Origin: a virus
Virus record (IMG/VR): IMGVR_UViG_3300035670_000035
Span: 1-64,000 of that record
Direction: 5' to 3' (one strand)
Length of the DNA stretch: 64,000 bases
In this document: positions 8,845 through 16,988 of the stretch, one piece after another
Numbering within the stretch: the stretch's first letter is position 1
Layout of the letters: each line of letters opens with the position of its first letter
Made by a program: the position numbers and the translations under genes
Notes under the pieces: generated by a model
What the model was told of the DNA's origin: nothing
Databases searched by the model: none
Seen by the model: the letters and a program-made list of their open reading frames with translations, nothing else

Positions 8845-8890
8845 GATTACACCCATAACTCGGTATTTCTACCAAATTAAGGGTGGAATC
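8845..8890 (-). terminator. long hairpin with GAAA loop (terminator or processing site)
   Basis: GATTCCACCC-TTAATT-TGGTA-GAAA-TACCG-AGTTAT-GGGTGTAATC, about 19 bp including G-U pairs, just after the stop at 8900. Confidence 0.55.
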
Positions 8891-8899
8891 GTATGATAC

Positions 8900-9076
8900 T
8901 TATTTCGTGACGAGGACTGAATTACGGAGCTTGCTGGTTAGCTTACGCTTGTCAAAGGAACGCCAATGACGAGCGTGTTGATTAACCTTGTCAAGAACCT
9001 TGCTCTCGCTGATGGTAAATGTGCCATCAGTATTATCAGTCATCTTAACGAAGTATGTTTTGGGTCTAATTGCCAT
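8900..9076 (-). CDS. hypothetical protein (58 aa)
   Basis: Manual translation MAIRPKTYFVKMTDNTDGTFTISES...; TTGACA-N17-TAATAT (9112..9084) lies 7 nt upstream. Confidence 0.65.
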   Translation of the reverse strand: MAIRPKTYFVKMTDNTDGTFTISESKVLDKVNQHARHWRSFDKRKLTSKLRNSVLVTK

Positions 9077-9097
9077 AATGATTATATTAATTGATAT

Positions 9098-9511
9098 TTA
9101 ATGATTTGTCAAATTTAATTTATCAAATTTACCCATAGCATTACTAAAATATACATTTCTAAAATTTAATTGCTTAACCATATCACAGCATCCATTACAA
9201 GGAGCAGAAAAATCTAGCATATTATTTCTATTAATCCTTGTATTTACGAGAGTTAAGCCAGAACAATCTTCTTCACCGAGTTTAATTACTGCACTTAATT
9301 CACTATGAGTTCCAACAATATCTGAAATCTTTTCGTTATTTTTATTAACATAATTATATTTAAGATTAAGAGGATGAGTTTTCGGTGAGTTTAATCCGAT
9401 GCTAATAATACGATTCCTGTCTAGAATAAAACTAAAATGACGACAACGAAGATCAGCATTATGCTTATTAATTAGAGCATAGCTTACCTCAATTATTTTA
9501 TTAAAGTTCAC
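9098..9511 (-). CDS. zinc-dependent cytidine/adenosine deaminase-fold protein
   Basis: HSE (THSELSA) and PCxxC (APCNGC) motifs; GTG start. Confidence 0.8.
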   Translation of the reverse strand: MNFNKIIEVSYALINKHNADLRCRHFSFILDRNRIISIGLNSPKTHPLNLKYNYVNKNNEKISDIVGTHSELSAVIKLGEEDCSGLTLVNTRINRNNMLDFSAPCNGCCDMVKQLNFRNVYFSNAMGKFDKLNLTNH

Positions 9512-9517
9512 GATCTA

Positions 9518-9546
9518 AATTTAATTTAAATTTATAACTTACGCAA
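9518..9546 (-). promoter_or_regulatory. sigma70-type promoter with 16-nt AT box
   Basis: TTGCGT-N17-TAAATT-N6-GTG. Confidence 0.65.
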
Positions 9547-9648
9547 GTCTAAATAAAATAAATAACAAATTCCACCTATAATTGTATTAATTATAATACC
9601 TATTGTTAATCCAATCGCTAAATCAACCATATATAAAATATGATATAA

Positions 9649-9879
9649 TTATAATTGGATTTTTTCTAAATCTTGTTTTATGCTATCGTATGGTGTTTTA
9701 TTTAAACTATTTAATTGATCTAAAATTTGTCCCCATCTTTTCATACTTTTATAAGACTCAATCGTGCGGTCTAAATTCTTTCCAACCATAAAGCCGAAAG
9801 CAAAAACGAGACAAAATACTATGATAGTTTTATTCTTTGTCATCCTTTCTTTTGTCCATATTTTCGTATTCTTGTTCAA
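9649..9879 (-). CDS. hypothetical membrane-anchored protein
   Basis: Hydrophobic helix near the N-terminus; true start may be the second Met. Confidence 0.55.
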   Translation of the reverse strand: MNKNTKIWTKERMTKNKTIIVFCLVFAFGFMVGKNLDRTIESYKSMKRWGQILDQLNSLNKTPYDSIKQDLEKIQL

Positions 9880-10168
9880 TATTTTTTGCTTCTTTATCTA
9901 ATTGGTCTTGAAAGTCTTTTAAATATTCATCAATCTTATCTAAATCTGGTGCTTTTGGACTATATATATTGCTTACATAATTTGTGTTGCTATTGCCAAA
10001 AAGAATACGAATGATAGTATAACCACCAAGTATTTGAAGGAATGAAAAATTCAAATCATAAAATGGAGCAAAAAGAAAATTCCAAATAAGCCAAATAACA
10101 CCGCTATAAACAAATCCAAAGAAAAGATAAGTGGTAGCTAAATTAAACCAATCTATTTTATATTTCAT
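9830..10168 (-). CDS. hypothetical membrane protein
   Basis: Two hydrophobic helices and a charged tail. Confidence 0.65.
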   Translation of the reverse strand: MKYKIDWFNLATTYLFFGFVYSGVIWLIWNFLFAPFYDLNFSFLQILGGYTIIRILFGNSNTNYVSNIYSPKAPDLDKIDEYLKDFQDQLDKEAKNIEQEYENMDKRKDDKE

Positions 10169-10507
10169 TTAAATTGTATGGATAAACATTGGGGTAAATT
10201 CGCCAACATAAGAACCACGAACATTAAACTCAAAGTAATCAATAGCATCAGTTTCGGGGTCGTCTTGATCGCTGAATTGATCTGCGAGAATATCCAAGCA
10301 TTTTTCGATAGAATATACTGCAACAGGATTACCATTCTCATTCTCGCCAACGCCTATAAAAGCGTCATCAAATCCATCTGCAAGAAGAATCTTGTCAGTA
10401 TAATCGGGGAAAGATGTTTCAATAAAGTCTGTGATATTTTTCTTATGTTTGCTTAATTTCATAATTGCTAATGTATATGGTGTTCTCTTAACCTTATTTA
10501 TACTCAC
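10169..10507 (-). CDS. conserved phage hypothetical protein
   Basis: LADGFDDAFIG...YFEFNVRGSYVGEFTP pattern. Confidence 0.7.
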   Translation of the reverse strand: MSINKVKRTPYTLAIMKLSKHKKNITDFIETSFPDYTDKILLADGFDDAFIGVGENENGNPVAVYSIEKCLDILADQFSDQDDPETDAIDYFEFNVRGSYVGEFTPMFIHTI

Positions 10508-10533
10508 ATTTTAATTTACACGCAAGTATTTTT

Positions 10534-10830
10534 TTAGTTAATCCAAAGTCTATTGATAATCTCCTCTGATTTTTTATTAAATACTTTTGACAAACAAAAA
10601 AGAAACTTGCTAATACTCAAACAGATAGAAGCAAAAGCTGATAAAGCTATTTGATAAAAGAAAAGCAATATAAGAGACACATCAGCTAAAATCTCTGATG
10701 TTAAAGGTCTTGCAAAAGAAAATAAACCTTTGACACTTTTCCATAGTTCTGATATGACATAACTTAGCGTCATCAAACCTACAAAAATGAAACTAAAAAA
10801 AGTATTAATGAAATCCGAAGCAAATCTCAT
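10534..10830 (-). CDS. hypothetical membrane protein
   Basis: Hydrophobic; overlaps the neighbour by 4 nt. Confidence 0.55.
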   Translation of the reverse strand: MRFASDFINTFFSFIFVGLMTLSYVISELWKSVKGLFSFARPLTSEILADVSLILLFFYQIALSAFASICLSISKFLFCLSKVFNKKSEEIINRLWIN

Positions 10831-11009
10831 TTTTTGAAATGTTTTTTAAGTTTCTTTACGAGTCCTTCTACTTTATCTAGTTCTTTCCAATTAACACCAG
10901 CGATATTCTTTTGATTTTCTTCGTGCCATTTGATTAAACCTTTTATATCATCTTCTAGTTCAACAAGGTCTTTATTTAAGTGTGATACTAATGTTTTTGC
11001 GTTTTCCAT
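10827..11009 (-). CDS. hypothetical protein
   Basis: AGGA upstream; co-oriented. Confidence 0.6.
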   Translation of the reverse strand: MENAKTLVSHLNKDLVELEDDIKGLIKWHEENQKNIAGVNWKELDKVEGLVKKLKKHFKK

Positions 11010-11202
11010 AAATTTATCCTAAAAGTTTTCTCATATATTCATTCATTTCTTCTTCTTGCTCTACAATATATTTAAATTTAACATAAAATTCGTGGAGTTT
11101 ATCGGTTGGCATTTCTTCTCTATTTTCATACCAAGATATAAATTCTCGCATAGTGCGAAGTGCTTTGACTTCTTCTTCCATACAATAGATAATACCGCAG
11201 AT

Positions 11203-11412
11203 TTATTTTTTCTTCAACTTTAATTTTGCGTGATCTGCGAATAATTTTGGGTCGTCTTTGTAAAGTTTTTCAAGACAATCTTTTGTAAATTCTCTTAAAG
11301 TTTTTTCGTCTTTTATAGCATCAACAATCTTCTTAGACATAGCTGAAAAAGTCTTTTCTTCTTTTTCTATTTCTTTTACTATTCTTGGTTTTTCTACTTT
11401 CTTCCTTGCCAT
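11203..11412 (-). CDS. hypothetical basic protein
   Basis: GTGTAAT motif 7 nt upstream of the ATG. Confidence 0.65.
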   Translation of the reverse strand: MARKKVEKPRIVKEIEKEEKTFSAMSKKIVDAIKDEKTLREFTKDCLEKLYKDDPKLFADHAKLKLKKK

Positions 11413-11427
11413 ACTTCTAATTACACA

Positions 11428-11619
11428 TTAGAAATTAAATTCAAACTGCTCTGCTATATATTTTGGATTTGTCTCATACTTTTCTGCATATCTTTGACAA
11501 AGCTCGTAATCCGAAAAGTGAAAGTAAAAATCCATAAGTTTATCTACAAGAATCTCTTTATCTTCTTTTAGATATGCTTCTTTTAATTTATTTAAAATCA
11601 TATCTCTAGGATTATTCAT
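11428..11619 (-). CDS. hypothetical protein
   Basis: Overlaps the upstream ORF end. Confidence 0.6.
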   Translation of the reverse strand: MNNPRDMILNKLKEAYLKEDKEILVDKLMDFYFHFSDYELCQRYAEKYETNPKYIAEQFEFNF

Positions 11620-11821
11620 TTTCTTTCTCCAATAAAAATTCTGGAATCATATCTTCTTTTGCGTTCTTGTCCTCGATAACATCAATCCAATTACCGATAT
11701 TACCATACTTAACGCCCTGCATCAAATCTTCATATAAACATTCGTAGGCTCGCTCAACCATTTCTTGATTGTCCATATCTACGATATAGTTTAAGTCCAA
11801 ACAAACTCGTCCTAGTTTCAT
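11612..11821 (-). CDS. hypothetical acidic protein
   Basis: Co-oriented ORF. Confidence 0.6.
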   Translation of the reverse strand: MKLGRVCLDLNYIVDMDNQEMVERAYECLYEDLMQGVKYGNIGNWIDVIEDKNAKEDMIPEFLLEKENE

Positions 11822-11962
11822 TTTGAGTTTTTATACTCCTTTACAAATTCGCTTGCTTCAAGCAAAATGTCTGTAAAATGTCTAGAACGACATTCTACTG
11901 GACAATCTTCATCAGCTTGAAATATAAGCTCGTCTAGTAGTTGAATTGCTTTCTCCATATCT

Positions 11963-12193
11963 TTATTTTGCATCTTTTTCATTTGATGGCAAGCCAAATC
12001 CTAGCTTTGGTCTTTCATTTTCTTTAAACAATTCTATGATACGAATGTTATCAATCAAATGCCAATCAGAATTAATTTTAATACATTTTTTGGCGGGAGA
12101 AATCTCTGATACTTTTCCTTCTTGAATTGCATATTTATTAATAGGATAATTAAGATAAAGAATCTTACGATCAATTAAATCTTCTAGTTTCAT
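11963..12193 (-). CDS. hypothetical protein
   Basis: ATGA overlap. Confidence 0.6.
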   Translation of the reverse strand: MKLEDLIDRKILYLNYPINKYAIQEGKVSEISPAKKCIKINSDWHLIDNIRIIELFKENERPKLGFGLPSNEKDAK

Positions 12194-12375
12194 TCATTCT
12201 CCAAATTCATATCATTAAAATAAACATCTATCTTTTCTACCAATTTATAATACTTATCAGTAGCATCGTGAGCTATTGAAACTTCATCTAGAAACTCTTT
12301 GTTGGTCAATAAATCACCAAGAATACCCATAGCCAATTCAATTTCACCATCAGTAAAATAAGATGACGCTTTCAT
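12190..12375 (-). CDS. hypothetical protein
   Basis: Abuts neighbouring ORFs. Confidence 0.6.
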   Translation of the reverse strand: MKASSYFTDGEIELAMGILGDLLTNKEFLDEVSIAHDATDKYYKLVEKIDVYFNDMNLENE

Positions 12376-12378
12376 TAT

Positions 12379-12627
12379 TTAATTTATATGATGTTTGTTG
12401 TATATTGTCAATTCAAATATTGTCCAGTTTAAAACTATGAGAGAGAAGTTCAACTTTGGGTTATGATCTGCCTCATAATAATCTGTATTAACATTTAAGT
12501 CAAAGAAAGTTATACCATCTTTGGCTTTCCTTATTTGATAAAAAACGCAAAAGTCTATTGCGTAATTCTTTGATACCGAAAAGCTAACACAAGGTATCAT
12601 CAAAAAGGTTTTAGAACATAACCCCAA
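12379..12627 (-). CDS. hypothetical protein
   Basis: Co-oriented; true start probably the Met at the glycosylase stop. Confidence 0.55.
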   Translation of the reverse strand: MGLCSKTFLMIPCVSFSVSKNYAIDFCVFYQIRKAKDGITFFDLNVNTDYYEADHNPKLNFSLIVLNWTIFELTIYNKHHIN

Positions 12628-13277
12628 TAATCACTATCGGGCTGTTTCTGAATTTCGTCCCACATAATGCACCTAGCGATATAAGATGGAACATTTAGTC
12701 TTTGACAATTTTCAATCCAATGTTGCTCCATAGCTTTATACTTTGCAACGCCAACTTTTGATTTTGTATATTTTAAATCTGGCATACCATAGAATCGAAG
12801 TTGGTGAACATCACCACATAAAACCCTAGCAAAAAGTGGGTCAATCATCTCAAAGCTAAAACTGACCTTGGCATAACTAAGTCCACGAATACGCTCTACA
12901 AGATTATCACGAACAGAAACATATCGGTTTCTCTTTTGTGGGCAAGAAAAGTCTTTAGGATTCTGCCAGAAATCTTTTGAGAAATCCCAAATATAATCGG
13001 TGCGTTCTTTCTGACAACCAACGCCAGAACGAGTAAGACGCTTTAGAAGTTCTTTGCGATTATGCTTCCAATAAACAAAGTCACGAATCGCAAGGTAGCC
13101 ATTGATATTACCTTTCCAAGTGGTATGAACAGAACAAAAGGCAAACAGCCAACGCCTAAAAATATCCTCATCGGTTTTAGGTCTGACACTATCCCAATAC
13201 TGCTTATAAGGTTCGACCTTATGACGATGAAGTTCGTCAAAGGTGGCAAAAAATTGATCTGGTTTAGTTGTATCCAT
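12600..13277 (-). CDS. HhH-GPD DNA glycosylase, Ogg2-like (8-oxoguanine glycosylase family)
   Basis: LVERIRGLSYAKVS (HhH with Lys) and LCGDVHQLR (Asp) resemble Ogg2 L(V)KxIKGIGYKEAS and IxDRH. Confidence 0.6.
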   Translation of the reverse strand: MDTTKPDQFFATFDELHRHKVEPYKQYWDSVRPKTDEDIFRRWLFAFCSVHTTWKGNINGYLAIRDFVYWKHNRKELLKRLTRSGVGCQKERTDYIWDFSKDFWQNPKDFSCPQKRNRYVSVRDNLVERIRGLSYAKVSFSFEMIDPLFARVLCGDVHQLRFYGMPDLKYTKSKVGVAKYKAMEQHWIENCQRLNVPSYIARCIMWDEIQKQPDSDYWGYVLKPF

Positions 13278-13283
13278 AGATCA

Positions 13284-13311
13284 AATATAATTTAAATTTA
13301 AATTAAGTCAA
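13284..13311 (-). promoter_or_regulatory. sigma70-type promoter, leaderless arrangement
   Basis: TTGACT-N16-TATATT-N6-ATG with an AATTTAAATTT spacer. Confidence 0.6.
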
Positions 13312-13317
13312 AGAAAA

Positions 13318-13533
13318 TTATTGTAGCACCCACACAATTTCGTCAAAGTGTTTGCTGTCAGCGTCTAACACTTCCTCTAAATCACCATAATACCAAGCTG
13401 TATTCGCTGTTTTAATAATTTTTACTTTTCTTAATACTTGAGCGTAATCAAATCCATCCTCATATCCTTTCACAGCTATACGAGTTTCGGGCGGTAAAGT
13501 TTTAAGATGATTGATAAGCTCTTTTGCCGTCAT
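13318..13533 (-). CDS. conserved phage hypothetical protein
   Basis: MTAKELINHLKTLPPETRIAVKGYEDG N-terminus. Confidence 0.65.
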   Translation of the reverse strand: MTAKELINHLKTLPPETRIAVKGYEDGFDYAQVLRKVKIIKTANTAWYYGDLEEVLDADSKHFDEIVWVLQ

Positions 13534-13741
13534 TTTCCATCCAATTCCTTGCGTGATGAGGAGTTGAGAAAGTTTTTACGATTTTTGCGTCTGGAAAAAC
13601 CCAATTACCTTTTTGTGTGATAGTTTCCTCGTAGACAGCCCATTTATTTAGAGGCTTGCCAAACTCATCTTCAAGCTCTTTAATATAACGAATTATTTTA
13701 TTCATTGATTCCAAGTAGTTTATCGAGATGCTTCTGTGCAT
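13502..13741 (-). CDS. hypothetical protein (paralogue of 13698..13898)
   Basis: Shared W(A/G)(V/I)YE(E/K)TIT motif. Confidence 0.6.
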   Translation of the reverse strand: MHRSISINYLESMNKIIRYIKELEDEFGKPLNKWAVYEETITQKGNWVFPDAKIVKTFSTPHHARNWMENDGKRAYQSS

Positions 13742-13898
13742 CTTTTACTGATTCAAATTGTTTTAATATTTTAACAATCATCTTTGGCTTTTCACCAACA
13801 CTCTCTAAGGTAATTGTCTTTTCATAAATTCCCCAAGAAGAAAGAAGATTGCCGTATTGATCTTTAATTTGATCTAGATAATGATAGGTTGTTTTCAT
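13698..13898 (-). CDS. hypothetical protein (paralogue of 13502..13741)
   Basis: Shared motif with the downstream neighbour. Confidence 0.6.
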   Translation of the reverse strand: MKTTYHYLDQIKDQYGNLLSSWGIYEKTITLESVGEKPKMIVKILKQFESVKDAQKHLDKLLGINE

Positions 13899-14177
13899 TT
13901 ATACTATGATATTAATTTTGGCGTTAAGTTTATAAACTAAATTGCCTCTTTGCTCATCGGGGTCGCTAATTGTGATACGCTTTTTATCGGTAAAGTTAAA
14001 TACTCTGCCATCGTCAAGATTGACAATATTATTTGAACCATTCTTAATTTTCATAAAAATAGAATGATTGCCTCTTTGGACTGATTCGGGGTCAAAGAAA
14101 GAAAAAACTTCTCCTTCTTTAATTGAATCAAATTCTACCATAGCTTCTTTGTCTCTTGATGTTATTGTATATTTCAT
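13899..14177 (-). CDS. hypothetical protein
   Basis: Abuts neighbouring ORFs. Confidence 0.65.
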   Translation of the reverse strand: MKYTITSRDKEAMVEFDSIKEGEVFSFFDPESVQRGNHSIFMKIKNGSNNIVNLDDGRVFNFTDKKRITISDPDEQRGNLVYKLNAKINIIV

Positions 14178-14181
14178 AAAT

Positions 14182-14505
14182 TTAAAATGGTCTAAAGTTA
14201 TACATCCTTTCTGCTATCTTAACGAAAGTATCGCTATTTGTAAAGCTGAATTTATACTTTTTCTTAAATTTTTCTAGTTTCTTTTTATTGATATTTTTCT
14301 TACCAAAATCAGCTATTTTAGACTCATCAGAAAGAAAAACCTCATCATAATCGAAAGAAAATAAATCCAATAACTCGGTTATTTGGTCTTTATATTTCTC
14401 AACAAGGGTACTATCGGCAAACTCTATAAGTTCGCCATCCATTGAAATTAATTTAGCCTTAGACTCATCAAAATCTGCAAACTTAATTCTTTTTATCGGC
14501 TCCAT
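14182..14505 (-). CDS. hypothetical protein
   Basis: Co-oriented ORF. Confidence 0.65.
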   Translation of the reverse strand: MEPIKRIKFADFDESKAKLISMDGELIEFADSTLVEKYKDQITELLDLFSFDYDEVFLSDESKIADFGKKNINKKKLEKFKKKYKFSFTNSDTFVKIAERMYNFRPF

Positions 14506-14681
14506 ATAAATATTAAATTTACTCCTAAATAATTCATAGTTAATTCAAATTTAGTATATTTACTGCTAAAACTAAAGAATCTAGGATGCCAAAGAGTTCT
14601 AAGAGATTTTGTAATAAAAAAATCAAATTTGCCTATCCCATAATGAAAAATAGTATAAGATTGATTCATTTTTTTTCCCAA
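14493..14681 (-). CDS. hypothetical protein
   Basis: Co-oriented ORF; start uncertain. Confidence 0.5.
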   Translation of the reverse strand: MGKKMNQSYTIFHYGIGKFDFFITKSLRTLWHPRFFSFSSKYTKFELTMNYLGVNLIFIWSR

Positions 14682-14970
14682 GATATTTTTTCTTTTTCAT
14701 TCTCTTTTATAATTTGTTTTGTTAATTTATCAAAGTTTTCAGCAAGACTATATAATGATTGATCTATATTTTGCAAAATACCTTTAATCTGTGATAGTGT
14801 TCTTGTGTATTCTCCGTTCATTTTGTTCTTTCTATTAGATGATCTAATTTAAACATTAATGATTCATAATCAAAGTGAGATGGGTCTTGATCTTTAAGAT
14901 GATGTAAAGCCTCATCCAGCTTCATTAATTCTTCTTTTGTGAACCAAACATCGTATAAATCATTCATAAT

Positions 14971-15645
14971 TTAATCCCATAAATCTCTAAAATAAAGTCC
15001 GAGCAAAAGAAAACCATTTCTTTGACGCTCAAAGGCTTTATTTAATTTTGTGTAATCTGGTTTAATATTATCTTTTGATTCAAACTCAACAGAATAATTA
15101 CCATCAGATTCTTTTGTTAAGAACATTTTATTATCACGAATAGGGTCAAAACCTTCTGGATAAACTTCATAGAGTTTATCAATCTGTGCTTTAGAGTCAT
15201 CTTCAAGCAAAAGAAATTCAAGAGCAAAAATAATCTCATCCAATACATTTTCATATTCTTCTTTGGAAAGAGAGATATTTTTATTAATTGATTTGTCAAT
15301 GAAATCGCCTTGTTCTTCGCTATATTCTAGATTCTTTTCATCTGCAACATAAGGAACAATTTTATCATCTATAACGAGATGATGACGATTAGAAAGACTA
15401 TTAAACTTATTACGAAGATGTTTGATTCTTGGTAAAATAAATTTTGCGGTAGCTTGTGGAAGATTCCAACAATCGCTATCAGAATAGCCACGAATTAAGT
15501 TTTGTAATTTATTTTTTAATCCCCACTTAACATTAAGATAGGTATAAGAAAAATAATTAACTTCACTATAAATCCAATTTAAAATAGGATTCTTGTGAAA
15601 CTTAAAAGACCGCATCAACTCGTCTAATGTATGTCTTTCGTTCAT
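14971..15645 (-). CDS. conserved phage hypothetical protein
   Basis: RGYSDSDCWNL...FILPRIKHLR and C-terminal LLGLYFRDLWD patterns. Confidence 0.7.
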   Translation of the reverse strand: MNERHTLDELMRSFKFHKNPILNWIYSEVNYFSYTYLNVKWGLKNKLQNLIRGYSDSDCWNLPQATAKFILPRIKHLRNKFNSLSNRHHLVIDDKIVPYVADEKNLEYSEEQGDFIDKSINKNISLSKEEYENVLDEIIFALEFLLLEDDSKAQIDKLYEVYPEGFDPIRDNKMFLTKESDGNYSVEFESKDNIKPDYTKLNKAFERQRNGFLLLGLYFRDLWD

Positions 15646-16037
15646 AGTTTATTCAGAATCTCCTTACAATATGATACTGCATCAGCGACATCTTGTAAAG
15701 AATAAGTTTCAGAAAGGCCACCATTAAAAACAAATTCGTCTTTACCTTTATAAAAGGAAACCATTAACTTGCAATCTGCATAGTCATAGTTATAATTACC
15801 AGAAAAACTATTTCCTCCAGTATATGTTTTTATCTTGCCATAAAAATATGCGGTTCCACTTATATTTTGTTTGCTAGTATTATGCAAACGAATAGTAATC
15901 TTACCAGCGGGAAAATCTGCTGTTGAAGATTTCTTAATAATTTTAGATGGATTAATTAGTCCAGAGTTCTTGACTCTTGAATTATTTTCCCAAACAATGT
16001 TATCTACAACTTGATTCATAATCCTTCCTCCTTGCAT
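15642..16037 (-). CDS. hypothetical protein
   Basis: True start likely MNQVV (about 16019), behind GGAGGA. Confidence 0.65.
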   Translation of the reverse strand: MQGGRIMNQVVDNIVWENNSRVKNSGLINPSKIIKKSSTADFPAGKITIRLHNTSKQNISGTAYFYGKIKTYTGGNSFSGNYNYDYADCKLMVSFYKGKDEFVFNGGLSETYSLQDVADAVSYCKEILNKL

Positions 16038-16390
16038 TTATCCTCGTATGCTTTTACTTCGTTAAATTCTTCCCAACGACCAGCGTTAGCAAGAACATTA
16101 CTTGTTAAAAGAACTCGGTGTTCATCTTCATTTTTAATATTCTTTTCGTCCCAAGTCAAGAGAATAACTCCTAAACCAAAATTATCATAGTCATCAATCT
16201 TTAATTCAACGCCTTCTTTTTCTTCTTGATCTAAAACGCTTTCGACTGCTCTTGTGCAAGCCTCACTATACCAATTAGATTTATCTAGTTTTTTGGTATC
16301 AATATCTACTTTCGCAGACCAATTATATCCACTTACATAAATATTCATATTAGAATGGTAAATCATCTCCTTCATCTTCGCTCTCATCAA
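16016..16390 (-). CDS. hypothetical protein
   Basis: Overlapping operon spacing. Confidence 0.65.
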   Translation of the reverse strand: MMRAKMKEMIYHSNMNIYVSGYNWSAKVDIDTKKLDKSNWYSEACTRAVESVLDQEEKEGVELKIDDYDNFGLGVILLTWDEKNIKNEDEHRVLLTSNVLANAGRWEEFNEVKAYEDKCKEEGL

Positions 16391-16619
16391 TAAAATCTAA
16401 AACTCTTTCGTTTTCTTCGTGAGAACGAAACCATAAAATTGTATTGTCGCCAACCCTTTGAGCATCTTGATATTCCAAAGGACATTTAGCCAAACGCTCT
16501 TTGACAATATCTACAAAACGATTTGAAAGACGAATGAATAAACTTTCATCGCTCTCAATCCACTCATAAGATTCAGCAAACTCATCACAAATCATTTTTA
16601 CTTTAGGGTGTAGTTTCAT
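16350..16619 (-). CDS. hypothetical protein with acidic DDLPF tail
   Basis: C-terminal DEGDDLPF, reminiscent of SSB tails. Confidence 0.65.
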   Translation of the reverse strand: MKLHPKVKMICDEFAESYEWIESDESLFIRLSNRFVDIVKERLAKCPLEYQDAQRVGDNTILWFRSHEENERVLDFIDESEDEGDDLPF

Positions 16620-16810
16620 AGATCGTTTAAATCAACTTTATCTGGTTCGCCTTCTTGACAAAGTAATTGACCTTTAAGGTGCATCAAAGTTTCAACAGCA
16701 GAATCTAAATCGTATTCTGATGTATCACTTGTATCAAAATCAATAGACTCTTGAAGATCAAGAATGTCTTGAATAATTAAATCAATTTTATCAATTTGCT
16801 TTTTTCTCAT
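16616..16810 (-). CDS. hypothetical acidic protein
   Basis: ATGA overlap. Confidence 0.6.
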   Translation of the reverse strand: MRKKQIDKIDLIIQDILDLQESIDFDTSDTSEYDLDSAVETLMHLKGQLLCQEGEPDKVDLNDL

Positions 16811-16988
16811 TTGTCATCTCCTCTTTAAGAGTATCTAGCCTTTTTGCGTCAATGTCAAGAGCAGAAGGATGAATACTCAAAGTCATATCTAGATGAGGAA
16901 TAAAGCAATAGAATAGTTTTGCAGTAGAATCGTATGATACGATTTCCATTGGAGTTCCACGCTTGCTTTTTACTTTAATTCTTTTCAA
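16791..16988 (-). CDS. hypothetical protein
   Basis: Overlaps the RuvB-like gene end. Confidence 0.6.
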   Translation of the reverse strand: MKRIKVKSKRGTPMEIVSYDSTAKLFYCFIPHLDMTLSIHPSALDIDAKRLDTLKEEMTNEKKAN

